Below, one piece after another: positions 24,038 through 34,236 of a DNA stretch of 64,000 nt (positions within the stretch are counted from its first letter, which is position 1; every line of letters starts with the position of its first letter). A model generated the notes under the pieces. That model had not been told where the DNA came from. It did no database searches and saw only the letters and a list, made by a program, of their open reading frames with translations. The translations under genes were made by a program, and so were the position numbers. Source of the DNA: Carpediemonas membranifera BICM (Eukaryota; Protista; Fornicata); assembly GCA_019828565.1 (NCBI GenBank), contig JAHDYR010000053.1, positions 1,028,272 to 1,092,271 of the forward strand. The letters run 5' to 3'.

Positions 24038-24931
24038 ATGGCAGCTGGTAATGGCCAGGCAGCGCATGCTGTGTCTCAGGCGGTGGCTGGTATAGCTTCT
24101 GGCGCTCTTAGCAGTATCCTTGTGGCGCCATTGAACATTATTCAGGGCCGCGTGCATGTGGGCGAAGAGACCGTCCGCTCCCCCCTCGATTTCCTGCGGA
24201 AGACGGCATTGATCGTGCAGAACGAGGGTTTTATCAAGTTATACGAAGGCTGTGGCCCTCAAGTCGTTGGATCGGCGCTTGCCTGGGGTCTCTTTCACCC
24301 GATCAAGAACTACAGCCGCGCTGCCGTCCTCAGGCTTGAGCGAACGGCATACAACGATCCCAGTCGGCATCTATCCGGGTTTGGCCGCTTTATGGCCACG
24401 ATGCTTGCAAGCGGGGTGACGAACACGATCATGAACCCCGTCTTCCTCATTAAGACACGTCTCAACATCCAGCGCAGGGAGGAGGAGGGCGCATACGCCG
24501 GCCCCGTGGACTGCTTCAGACGCATTGTGAGGGAGGAGGGCCCGCTCGCCTTGTTCAACGGGCTTGGCATGTTCCAGCTCGGCTCTGTCGGGCCTGCTCT
24601 CCGCTTCACGCTGTACGACGGTATGATAGAGCGCATGGCCCGGGAACAGGGCGGGGTGAGCTCATCCCAGCGGCTGGCGCTCAACACTGGTACTAAGCTG
24701 GCAACGATGGGGGCCTTCTACCCCGCACTGATGCTCCGTACCCGTATGCGTCATGACAAGGCAGGCAGGAGCGCCGGACAGCATGTCATGCAGGTATGGC
24801 AGGAGTTCGGGGCGGCTGGGTTCTACCGGGGCTTCGGCATCCACTTTTCCCGGGCATTCCCCACTGGGATCGTTAACCTGCACCTCTACGGCCGACTCGA
24901 GGCCATGCTGCGGCGCGGGATGGGTAGGTGA
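24038..24931 (+). CDS. Mitochondrial carrier family (SLC25) protein, folate/FAD/NAD carrier-like, divergent
   Basis: Three ~100-aa repeats with PLNIIQGR, PVFLIKTR and PALMLRTR, plus EG..LY.G motifs. PQVVGSALAWGLF resembles SLC25A32-type helix 2. Confidence 0.85.
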   Translation: MAAGNGQAAHAVSQAVAGIASGALSSILVAPLNIIQGRVHVGEETVRSPLDFLRKTALIVQNEGFIKLYEGCGPQVVGSALAWGLFHPIKNYSRAAVLRLERTAYNDPSRHLSGFGRFMATMLASGVTNTIMNPVFLIKTRLNIQRREEEGAYAGPVDCFRRIVREEGPLALFNGLGMFQLGSVGPALRFTLYDGMIERMAREQGGVSSSQRLALNTGTKLATMGAFYPALMLRTRMRHDKAGRSAGQHVMQVWQEFGAAGFYRGFGIHFSRAFPTGIVNLHLYGRLEAMLRRGMGR

Positions 24932-25112
24932 TGGCATGGCTCCATTAGGACACCTGGGTCAGAATCACATAAACTTTTGAACTCAATAACTGCCCAGGCA
25001 AATGTAGACCCGCCTCCAGTTGTAGGGAACGCAAACAGCACCATATACACTACTGTCTAGCCGGTCAGAGTCATAGCCGGTAAATATGCATGCACCATGA
25101 CTGCTGGATCGG

Positions 25113-25742
25113 GTGATGTCGGAAACGAACGCGACAGAATTTATCAAGGTAGCGGGCCTCGACCTTAACATCCTCGTCATGGACACTGAGGTGTACTCTA
25201 ACACTGGTGGCCAGTGCTCCAAGGCCACCCAGATGGGCGCTGTCGCTAAGTTCAGCTCCAGCGGGAAGCCCGGCAAGAAGAAGGATCTTGGCGCCATCGC
25301 CATGACCTACGGCAACGTCTTCGTCGCCTCTGTCGCCATGGGCGCCAACACCAAGCAGCTCATCGACTCTGTCTCGGCTGCTGAGTCCTACAACGGCACC
25401 TCTCTGATCATTGCCTACGCCCCGTGCATTGCTCACGGCATCAAGGGCGGCCTCCGCCGCGCTCAGAATGAGGAGAAGCTCGCTGTCGAGTCTGGCTACT
25501 GGCTGCTCTACTCGTTCGACCCCCGCCTTGCTGCTGCTGGCAAGAACCCCATGAAGCTGACCTCCAAGCCCGCTAAGATCGACGTTCAGGAGTTCCTCGA
25601 CAACGAGGCCCGTTTCGCCGCCCTCAAGAAGACCCAGCCCGAGCGCGCTGCCGAGCTCGCCGCCCAGCTCTCCAAGGACCTCAAGGCCCGCTACCACCAG
25701 TACGTCGCTTTGGTCGCCGCCAACGAGCCCCAGGCTGAATAA
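25113..25742 (+). pseudogene. 3' fragment of pyruvate:ferredoxin oxidoreductase (left edge of the tandem array)
   Basis: From 25154 it is near-identical to the last ~195 codons of the full PFO copies, fused to unrelated upstream sequence. It lacks the GDG TPP-binding motif and all upstream domains. Confidence 0.85.
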
Positions 25743-26226
25743 GATCGATAAAACATTTACCTATTTTTCCGGATGACATCTTGCGACACCAATGAATGGC
25801 AGAGGTGGGTATGGTAGCAGCTATAGCGCCTGTGGCGTGATGCAGCAGCGCGTGGAGGGGTGGTGCCGTGCCAAACGCCGGGTGGGATCAAGTTACGACA
25901 AGTGCCGGAAACGATGACAATGACAAAAGCGCGGCGACGACGATGGTCTGCAGTGTGTTGGGACCACCTGGAGAGCCTGCCTCGCCCGTCGCGTGAGCTG
26001 GTGCCGCCTGGGTGCCGGCGGCCGTTGGGCTCCATGGCGGCAGGGTTGGCTCTGACAGGCTAAACGACAGGCGGACGGCTTGAGGGGGTGTGGACGGACG
26101 CATGGCGGTTTTAGAGCGCTGGATTGTCCTCTAAACATGATCGGATCCTTCGATTTTGTTTGATATGACGTGACTCTTTCATCTTTTTTTCTTGCTTCTT
26201 TTTCTGCAAGAACGTTGAACGTTGAA

Positions 26227-29200
26227 ATGCACACAGTGGACGCAAACTACGCGGCGGCACACATTGCCTATGCCCTCTCGGATGTGTCTATGATCTATCC
26301 CATCACACCCTCCTCCACCATGGGCGAATTGGTGGACCAGTGGGCCAGCGAAGACCGGAAGAACATCTATGGCAACCTCCTGAAGGTCGTCGAGATGCAG
26401 TCTGAAGGCGGTGTCGCTGGTTCCGTCCACGGCTGCATTGGCACTGGCTCCCTCGTCTCCACTTTCACTGCCTCCCAGGGCCTCCTCCTCATGATGCCCA
26501 ACATGTACAAGATCGCCGGCGAGCTCCTCCCCTGTGTCTTCCACGTGTCTGCCCGTGCCGTTGCCGGCCAGGCTCTTTCCATCTTCGGTGACCACTCTGA
26601 TGTTATGGGTGTCCGCGCCGCCGGCTGGAACTACATCGCCTCCGCCTCTGCCCAGGAGTCCATGGATCTCGCCCTCGTCGCTCACCTCGCCACTCTGCGC
26701 GCTTCCCTCCCCTTCGTCCACTTCTTCGATGGTTTCCGCAGCTCCCACGAGCTCTCCACCATCGATTTCATCGACTACGCTGACATCGCCAAGCTCGTCG
26801 ACCACGACGCCATTGCCGCCTTCCGCGCCCGCGCCCTCAACCCCGAGCACCCCGTCATGCGCGGTACCGCCCAGGGCCCCGAGATCTTCATGCAGGCTGT
26901 TGAGGCCGCCAACAAGTACTACAACGCCGTTCCCGAGATCGTCCAGGAGGAGATGGACCGCGTCTCTAAGCTGACCGGCCGTGAGTACCACCTCTTCGAC
27001 TACCACGGTGCCGCCGACGCCACCAAGGTCATCGTCACCATCGGCTCCTCCGCCAATGTCATCCACGAGACCGTCGACTACCTGCTCAAGCAGGGCGAGA
27101 AGGTTGGCCTCATCAAGTGCCGCCTCCCCCGCCCCTTCTCCGTCGAGCACTTCGTCGCCGCCATGCCCAAGACCGTCCAGAAGGTTGCCGTCCTCGACCG
27201 CACCAAGGAGCCCGGCGCTGTTGGCGAGCCCCTCTACCTCGACGTTGTCGCCGCCATGATGTCCGCCTACGAGGGCACCATGCCTAAGATCGTCGGTGGC
27301 CGCTACGGCCTCGGCTCCAAGGCCTTCACCCCCGCCATGGTCAAGGGCATCTACGACTACCTCGAGAACAAGCCCCAGCACGGCTTCCTTGTCGGCATCG
27401 AGGACGATGTCTGCCACAAGTCCATCCCCGTTGGCGAGGAGATCAACGTCATGCCCAACGACGTCAAGCAGTGCCTCTTCTGGGGCCTCGGCGCCGATGG
27501 CACTGTTGGTGCTAACAAGAACGTCATGAAGCTCATCAGCGAGGAGTCCGACAACTACGTCCAGGGCTACTTCGCTTACGATTCCAAGAAGTCTGGCGGT
27601 GTCACTGCTTCCCACCTTCGCTTCGGTCCCCGCCCCATCACCTCTCACTACGAGATCGTGACCGCTGACTACGTCGCTTGCCACTTCGCCCAGTACGCCA
27701 AGACCTTCGACCTCCTCTCCTCCCTCGCCAAGGGGTGGTGTGTTCGTCCTCAACACTGTCTGGACCGACGAGGAGCTTGAGCACGAGCTCCCCAACGCCT
27801 TCAAGCGCGAGCTCGCCGAGAAGAACGCCAAGTTCTACTGCATCAACGCTAACGCCGTCGCTGAGAAGTGCGGCCTCGGTGGCCGTATCAACAACGTCAT
27901 GATGACTGTCTTCTTCAAGCTCGTCGAGATCATCCCCCTCGAGACCGCCGTCAAGGCCCTCAAGGCCGCTGTCTACAAGTCCTACCGTCTCAAGGGCGAC
28001 GACATCGTCAACAACAACTACGCCGCTATCGATGCTGCCCTCGAGGGCCTCCGCGAGGTCCCCGTCAAGGCTGAGTGGGCTTCCCTCAAGGACGACGAGG
28101 CCACCCTCGGCAACGAGAACGAGACCTACCGCAAGATCATCAAGCCCCCTTGCTGAGCAGCGCGGCAACAGCCTCCCCGTCTCTGCCCTCCCCGCCGGCG
28201 GCGAGATGCCCACCGCCACCACTCAGTACGAGCGCCGCTGCGTCGCCTCCCACGTCCCCAAGTGGGCCGGCGAGTGCTCTCAGTGCAACAAGTGCTCCCT
28301 GGTGTGCCCCCACGCCACCATCCGCCCCTTCCTCGTCACCGAGGAGCAGGCCAAGGCCGCCGACCTCACCGTCCAGAAGGCCAAGGCTCTTGGCAAGAAC
28401 GCCCCCACCGACCTCTTCTTCCGCATCCAGGTCGACCCCTTCGACTGCACTGGCTGTGGCGCCTGCGTTGAGGTGTGCCCCTCCCACGCCCTCTCCTTCC
28501 AGACCATCGACGAGGGTCTTGAGGCTGAGGCCGAGCACTGGGACTACTGCCTTACCCTTCCCCTCCGCGACGACATCCTCGCCCCCTCCACCGTCAAGGG
28601 CGCCATGTTCCAGCGTCCCCTTCTTGAGTTCTCTGGTGCCTGCGCCGGCTGCGGTGAGACCCCCTACGTCAAGCTCCTCACCCAGCTCTTCGGCTCCCGC
28701 ATGATCATCGCCAACGCTACTGGCTGCTCTTCCATCTGGGGTGGCTCCTTCCCCGTCTCCCCCTACGCTGTTGACAAGGACGGCAAGGGCCCCGCCTGGG
28801 CTAACTCCCTCTTCGAGGACAACGCCGAGTACGGCGCTGGCTTCGCCGTCTCCGTCCAGACCCGCCGCGCCAACCTCGCCCTCGACATGGACCGCGTTGT
28901 CGCTGACAAGCTTGTCTCCGACGAGCTTGCTACCGCGTTCGCCGCCTGGAAGGAGGGCATGAACGTTGCTGAGGTCGCCGCCATCGAGGCCGCGAAGGTC
29001 AAGGCCCTTCTCAAGGACGTCAAGGCCGAGACCGGTACCCCTCTCGAGCGCATCCTCCAGAACCAGGACCTCCTCGCCAAGCCTTCCGTCTGGATCGTCG
29101 GTGGTGACGGCTGGGCCTACGATATCGGCTATGGTGGCCTCGACCACGTGCTCTCCATGGGCCTCGACCTCAACATCCTCGTCATGGACACTGAGGTGTA

Positions 29201-29748
29201 CTCTAACACTGGTGGCCAGTGCTCCAAGGCCACCCAGATGGGCGCTGTCGCTAAGTTCAGCTCCAGCGGGAAGCCCGGCAAGAAGAAGGATCTTGGCGCC
29301 ATCGCCATGACCTACGGCAACGTCTTCGTCGCCTCTGTCGCCATGGGCGCCAACACCAAGCAGCTCATCGACTCTGTCTCGGCTGCTGAGTCCTACAACG
29401 GCACCTCTCTGATCATTGCCTACGCCCCGTGCATTGCTCACGGCATCAAGGGCGGCCTCCGCCGCGCTCAGAATGAGGAGAAGCTCGCTGTCGAGTCTGG
29501 CTACTGGCTGCTCTACTCGTTCGACCCCCCGCCTTGCTGCTGCTGGCAAGAACCCCATGAAGCTGACCTCCAAGCCCGCTAAGATCGACGTTCAGGAGTT
29601 CCTCGACAACGAGGCCCGTTTCGCCGCCCTCAAGAAGACCCAGCCCGAGCGCGCTGCCGAGCTCGCCGCCCAGCTCTCCAAGGACCTCAAGGCCCGCTAC
29701 CACCAGTACGTCGCTTTGGTCGCCGCCAACGAGCCCCAGGCTGAATAA
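26227..29748 (+). CDS. PFO: Pyruvate:ferredoxin oxidoreductase copy 1 (three +1 homopolymer frameshifts)
   Basis: Essentially the same sequence as the intact copies, with extra bases in G-run 27732-27735, C-run 28145-28149 and C-run 29525-29530. Confidence 0.88.
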
Positions 29749-30233
29749 GATCGATAAAACATTTACCTATTTTTCCGGATGACATCTTGCGACACCAATG
29801 AATGGCAGAGGTGGGTATGGTAGCAGCTATAGCGCCTGTGGCGTGATGCAGCAGCGCGTGGAGGGGTGGTGCCGTGCCAAACGCCGGGTGGGATCAAGTT
29901 ACGACAAGTGCCGGAAACGATGACAATGACAGAAGCGCGGCGACGACGATGGTCTGCAGTGTGTTGGGACCACCTGGAGAGCCTGCCTCGCCCGTCGCGT
30001 GAGCTGGTGCCGCCTGGGTGCCGGCGGCCGTTGGGCTCCATGGCGGCAGGGTTGGCTCTGACAGGCTAAACGACAGGCGGACGGCTTGAGGGGGGTGTGG
30101 ACGGACGCATGGCGGTTTTAGAGCGCTGGATTGTCCTCTAAACATGATCGGATCCTTCGATTTTGTTTGATATGACGTGACTCTTTCATCTTTTTTTCTT
30201 GCTTCTTTTTCTGCAAGAACGTTGAACGTTGAA

Positions 30234-33200
30234 ATGCACACAGTGGACGCAAACTACGCGGCGGCACACATTGCCTATGCCCTCTCGGATGTGTCTATGA
30301 TCTATCCCATCACACCCTCCTCCACCATGGGCGAATTGGTGGACCAGTGGGCCAGCGAAGACCGGAAGAACATCTATGGCAACCTCCTGAAGGTCGTCGA
30401 GATGCAGTCTGAAGGCGGTGTCGCTGGTTCCGTCCACGGCTGCATTGGCACTGGCTCCCTCGTCTCCACTTTCACTGCCTCCCAGGGCCTCCTCCTCATG
30501 ATGCCCAACATGTACAAGATCGCCGGCGAGCTCCTCCCCTGTGTCTTCCACGTGTCTGCCCGTGCCGTTGCCGGCCAGGCTCTTTCCATCTTCGGTGACC
30601 ACTCTGATGTTATGGGTGTCCGCGCCGCCGGCTGGAACTACATCGCCTCCGCCTCTGCCCAGGAGTCCATGGATCTCGCCCTCGTCGCTCACCTCGCCAC
30701 TCTGCGCGCTTCCCTCCCCTTCGTCCACTTCTTCGATGGTTTCCGCAGCTCCCACGAGCTCTCCACCATCGATTTCATCGACTACGCTGACATCGCCAAG
30801 CTCGTCGACCACGACGCCATTGCCGCCTTCCGCGCCCGCGCCCTCAACCCCGAGCACCCCGTCATGCGCGGTACCGCCCAGGGCCCCGAGATCTTCATGC
30901 AGGCTGTTGAGGCCGCCAACAAGTACTACAACGCCGTTCCCGAGATCGTCCAGGAGGAGATGGACCGCGTCTCTAAGCTGACCGGCCGTGAGTACCACCT
31001 CTTCGACTACCACGGTGCCGCCGACGCCACCAAGGTCATCGTCACCATCGGCTCCTCCGCCAATGTCATCCACGAGACCGTCGACTACCTGCTCAAGCAG
31101 GGCGAGAAGGTTGGCCTCATCAAGTGCCGCCTCCCCCGCCCCTTCTCCGTCGAGCACTTCGTCGCCGCCATGCCCAAGACCGTCCAGAAGGTTGCCGTCC
31201 TCGACCGCACCAAGGAGCCCGGCGCTGTTGGCGAGCCCCTCTACCTCGACGTTGTCGCCGCCATGATGTCCGCCTACGAGGGCACCATGCCTAAGATCGT
31301 CGGTGGCCGCTACGGCCTCGGCTCCAAGGCCTTCACCCCCGCCATGGTCAAGGGCATCTACGACTACCTCGAGAACAAGCCCCAGCACGGCTTCCTTGTC
31401 GGCATCGAGGACGATGTCTGCCACAAGTCCATCCCCGTTGGCGAGGAGATCAACGTCATGCCCAGCGACGTCAAGCAGTGCCTCTTCTGGGGCCTCGGCG
31501 CCGATGGCACTGTTGGTGCTAACAAGAACGTCATGAAGCTCATCAGCGAGGAGTCCGACAACTACGTCCAGGGCTACTTCGCTTACGATTCCAAGAAGTC
31601 TGGCGGTGTCACTGCTTCCCACCTTCGCTTCGGTCCCCGCCCCATCACCTCTCACTACGAGATCGTGACCGCTGACTACGTCGCTTGCCACTTCGCCCAG
31701 TACGCCAAGACCTTCGACCTCCTCTCCTCCCTCGCCAAGGGTGGTGTGTTCGTCCTCAACACTGTCTGGACCGACGAGGAGCTTGAGCACGAGCTCCCCA
31801 ACGCCTTCAAGCGCGAGCTCGCCGAGAAGAACGCCAAGTTCTACTGCATCAACGCTAACGCCGTCGCTGAGAAGTGCGGCCTCGGTGGCCGTATCAACAA
31901 CGTCATGATGACTGTCTTCTTCAAGCTCGTCGAGATCATCCCCCTCGAGACCGCCGTCAAGGCCCTCAAGGCCGCTGTCTACAAGTCCTACCGTCTCAAG
32001 GGCGACGACATCGTCAACAACAACTACGCCGCTATCGATGCTGCCCTCGAGGGCCTCCGCGAGGTCCCCGTCAAGGCTGAGTGGGCTTCCCTCAAGGACG
32101 ACGAGGCCACCCTCGGCAACGAGAACGAGACCTACCGCAAGATCATCAAGCCCCTTGCTGAGCAGCGCGGCAACAGCCTCCCCGTCTCTGCCCTCCCCGC
32201 CGGCGGCGAGATGCCCACCGCCACCACTCAGTACGAGCGCCGCTGCGTCGCCTCCCACGTCCCCAAGTGGGCCGGCGAGTGCTCTCAGTGCAACAAGTGC
32301 TCCCTGGTGTGCCCCCACGCCACCATCCGCCCCTTCCTCGTCACCGAGGAGCAGGCCAAGGCCGCCGACCTCACCGTCCAGAAGGCCAAGGCTCTTGGCA
32401 AGAACGCCCCCACCGACCTCTTCTTCCGCATCCAGGTCGACCCCTTCGACTGCACTGGCTGTGGCGCCTGCGTTGAGGTGTGCCCCTCCCACGCCCTCTC
32501 CTTCCAGACCATCGACGAGGGTCTTGAGGCTGAGGCCGAGCACTGGGACTACTGCCTTACCCTTCCCCTCCGCGACGACATCCTCGCCCCCTCCACCGTC
32601 AAGGGCGCCATGTTCCAGCGTCCCCTTCTTGAGTTCTCTGGTGCCTGCGCCGGCTGCGGTGAGACCCCCTACGTCAAGCTCCTCACCCAGCTCTTCGGCT
32701 CCCGCATGATCATCGCCAACGCTACTGGCTGCTCTTCCATCTGGGGTGGCTCCTTCCCCGTCTCCCCCTACGCTGTTGACAAGGACGGCAAGGGCCCCGC
32801 CTGGGCTAACTCCCTCTTCGAGGACAACGCCGAGTACGGCGCTGGCTTCGCCGTCTCCGTCCAGACCCGCCGCGCCAACCTCGCCCTCGACATGGACCGC
32901 GTTGTCGCTGACAAGCTTGTCTCCGACGAGCTTGCTACCGCGTTCGCCGCCTGGAAGGAGGGCATGAACGTTGCTGAGGTCGCCGCCATCGAGGCCGCGA
33001 AGGTCAAGGCCCTTCTCAAGGACGTCAAGGCCGAGACCGGTACCCCTCTCGAGCGCATCCTCCAGAACCAGGACCTCCTCGCCAAGCCTTCCGTCTGGAT
33101 CGTCGGTGGTGACGGCTGGGCCTACGATATCGGCTATGGTGGCCTCGACCACGTGCTCTCCATGGGCCTCGACCTCAACATCCTCGTCATGGACACTGAG

Positions 33201-33752
33201 GTGTACTCTAACACTGGTGGCCAGTGCTCCAAGGCCACCCAGATGGGCGCTGTCGCTAAGTTCAGCTCCAGCGGGAAGCCCGGCAAGAAGAAGGATCTTG
33301 GCGCCATCGCCATGACCTACGGCAACGTCTTCGTCGCCTCTGTCGCCATGGGCGCCAACACCAAGCAGCTCATCGACTCTGTCTCGGCTGCTGAGTCCTA
33401 CAACGGCACCTCTCTGATCATTGCCTACGCCCCGTGCATTGCTCACGGCATCAAGGGCGGCCTCCGCCGCGCTCAGAATGAGGAGAAGCTCGCTGTCGAG
33501 TCTGGCTACTGGCTGCTCTACTCGTTCGACCCCCGCCTTGCTGCTGCTGGCAAGAACCCCATGAAGCTGACCTCCAAGCCCGCTAAGATCGACGTTCAGG
33601 AGTTCCTCGACAACGAGGCCCGTTTCGCCGCCCTCAAGAAGACCCAGCCCGAGCGCGCTGCCGAGCTCGCCGCCCAGCTCTCCAAGGACCTCAAGGCCCG
33701 CTACCACCAGTACGTCGCTTTGGTCGCCGCCAACGAGCCCCAGGCTGAATAA
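30234..33752 (+). CDS. PFO: Pyruvate:ferredoxin oxidoreductase copy 2 (intact)
   Basis: YPITPS, EMQSEGG, GLGADGTVGANKN, two 4Fe-4S motifs (CSQCNKCSLVCP, CTGCGACVEVCP), ACAGCGE, GGDGWAYDIG and EVYSNTGGQ. First ATG is at 30234. Confidence 0.97.
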   Translation: MHTVDANYAAAHIAYALSDVSMIYPITPSSTMGELVDQWASEDRKNIYGNLLKVVEMQSEGGVAGSVHGCIGTGSLVSTFTASQGLLLMMPNMYKIAGELLPCVFHVSARAVAGQALSIFGDHSDVMGVRAAGWNYIASASAQESMDLALVAHLATLRASLPFVHFFDGFRSSHELSTIDFIDYADIAKLVDHDAIAAFRARALNPEHPVMRGTAQGPEIFMQAVEAANKYYNAVPEIVQEEMDRVSKLTGREYHLFDYHGAADATKVIVTIGSSANVIHETVDYLLKQGEKVGLIKCRLPRPFSVEHFVAAMPKTVQKVAVLDRTKEPGAVGEPLYLDVVAAMMSAYEGTMPKIVGGRYGLGSKAFTPAMVKGIYDYLENKPQHGFLVGIEDDVCHKSIPVGEEINVMPSDVKQCLFWGLGADGTVGANKNVMKLISEESDNYVQGYFAYDSKKSGGVTASHLRFGPRPITSHYEIVTADYVACHFAQYAKTFDLLSSLAKGGVFVLNTVWTDEELEHELPNAFKRELAEKNAKFYCINANAVAEKCGLGGRINNVMMTVFFKLVEIIPLETAVKALKAAVYKSYRLKGDDIVNNNYAAIDAALEGLREVPVKAEWASLKDDEATLGNENETYRKIIKPLAEQRGNSLPVSALPAGGEMPTATTQYERRCVASHVPKWAGECSQCNKCSLVCPHATIRPFLVTEEQAKAADLTVQKAKALGKNAPTDLFFRIQVDPFDCTGCGACVEVCPSHALSFQTIDEGLEAEAEHWDYCLTLPLRDDILAPSTVKGAMFQRPLLEFSGACAGCGETPYVKLLTQLFGSRMIIANATGCSSIWGGSFPVSPYAVDKDGKGPAWANSLFEDNAEYGAGFAVSVQTRRANLALDMDRVVADKLVSDELATAFAAWKEGMNVAEVAAIEAAKVKALLKDVKAETGTPLERILQNQDLLAKPSVWIVGGDGWAYDIGYGGLDHVLSMGLDLNILVMDTEVYSNTGGQCSKATQMGAVAKFSSSGKPGKKKDLGAIAMTYGNVFVASVAMGANTKQLIDSVSAAESYNGTSLIIAYAPCIAHGIKGGLRRAQNEEKLAVESGYWLLYSFDPRLAAAGKNPMKLTSKPAKIDVQEFLDNEARFAALKKTQPERAAELAAQLSKDLKARYHQYVALVAANEPQAE

Positions 33753-34236
33753 GATCGATAAAACATTTACCTATTTTTCCGGATGACATCTTGCGACACC
33801 AATGAATGGCAGAGGTGGGTATGGTAGCAGCTATAGCGCCTGTGGCGTGATGCAGCAGCGCGTGGAGGGGTGGTGCCGTGCCAAACGCCGGGTGGGATCA
33901 AGTTACGACAAGTGCCGGAAACGATGACAATGACAAAAGCGCGGCGACGACGATGGTCTGCAGTGTGTTGGGACCACCTGGAGAGCCTGCCTCGCCCGTC
34001 GCGTGAGCTGGTGCCGCCTGGGTGCCGGCGGCCGTTGGGCACCATGGCGGCAGGGTTGGCTCTGACAGGCTAAACGACAGGCGGACGGCTTGAGGGGGTG
34101 TGGACGGACGCATGGCGGTTTTAGAGCGCTGGATTGTCCTCTAAACATGATCGGATCCTTCGATTTTGTTTGATATGACGTGACTCTTTCATCTTTTTTT
34201 CTTGCTTCTTTTTCTGCAAGAACGTTGAACGTTGAA

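Noticed and set aside
26165-26210. Possible ATGAC|GTGACT...GCAAG 41-nt intron adding MTTLNVE to PFO
   Set aside because: It is in frame, but the donor GTGACT and acceptor AAG do not match the GT[AT][CGT]GT..CAG pattern of the other introns. The pyrimidine tract may simply be promoter or 5' UTR.
27732-29530. Programmed frameshifting or pseudogenisation of PFO copy 1
   Set aside because: All three indels are +1 in homopolymer runs of an otherwise identical copy, typical of long-read error.
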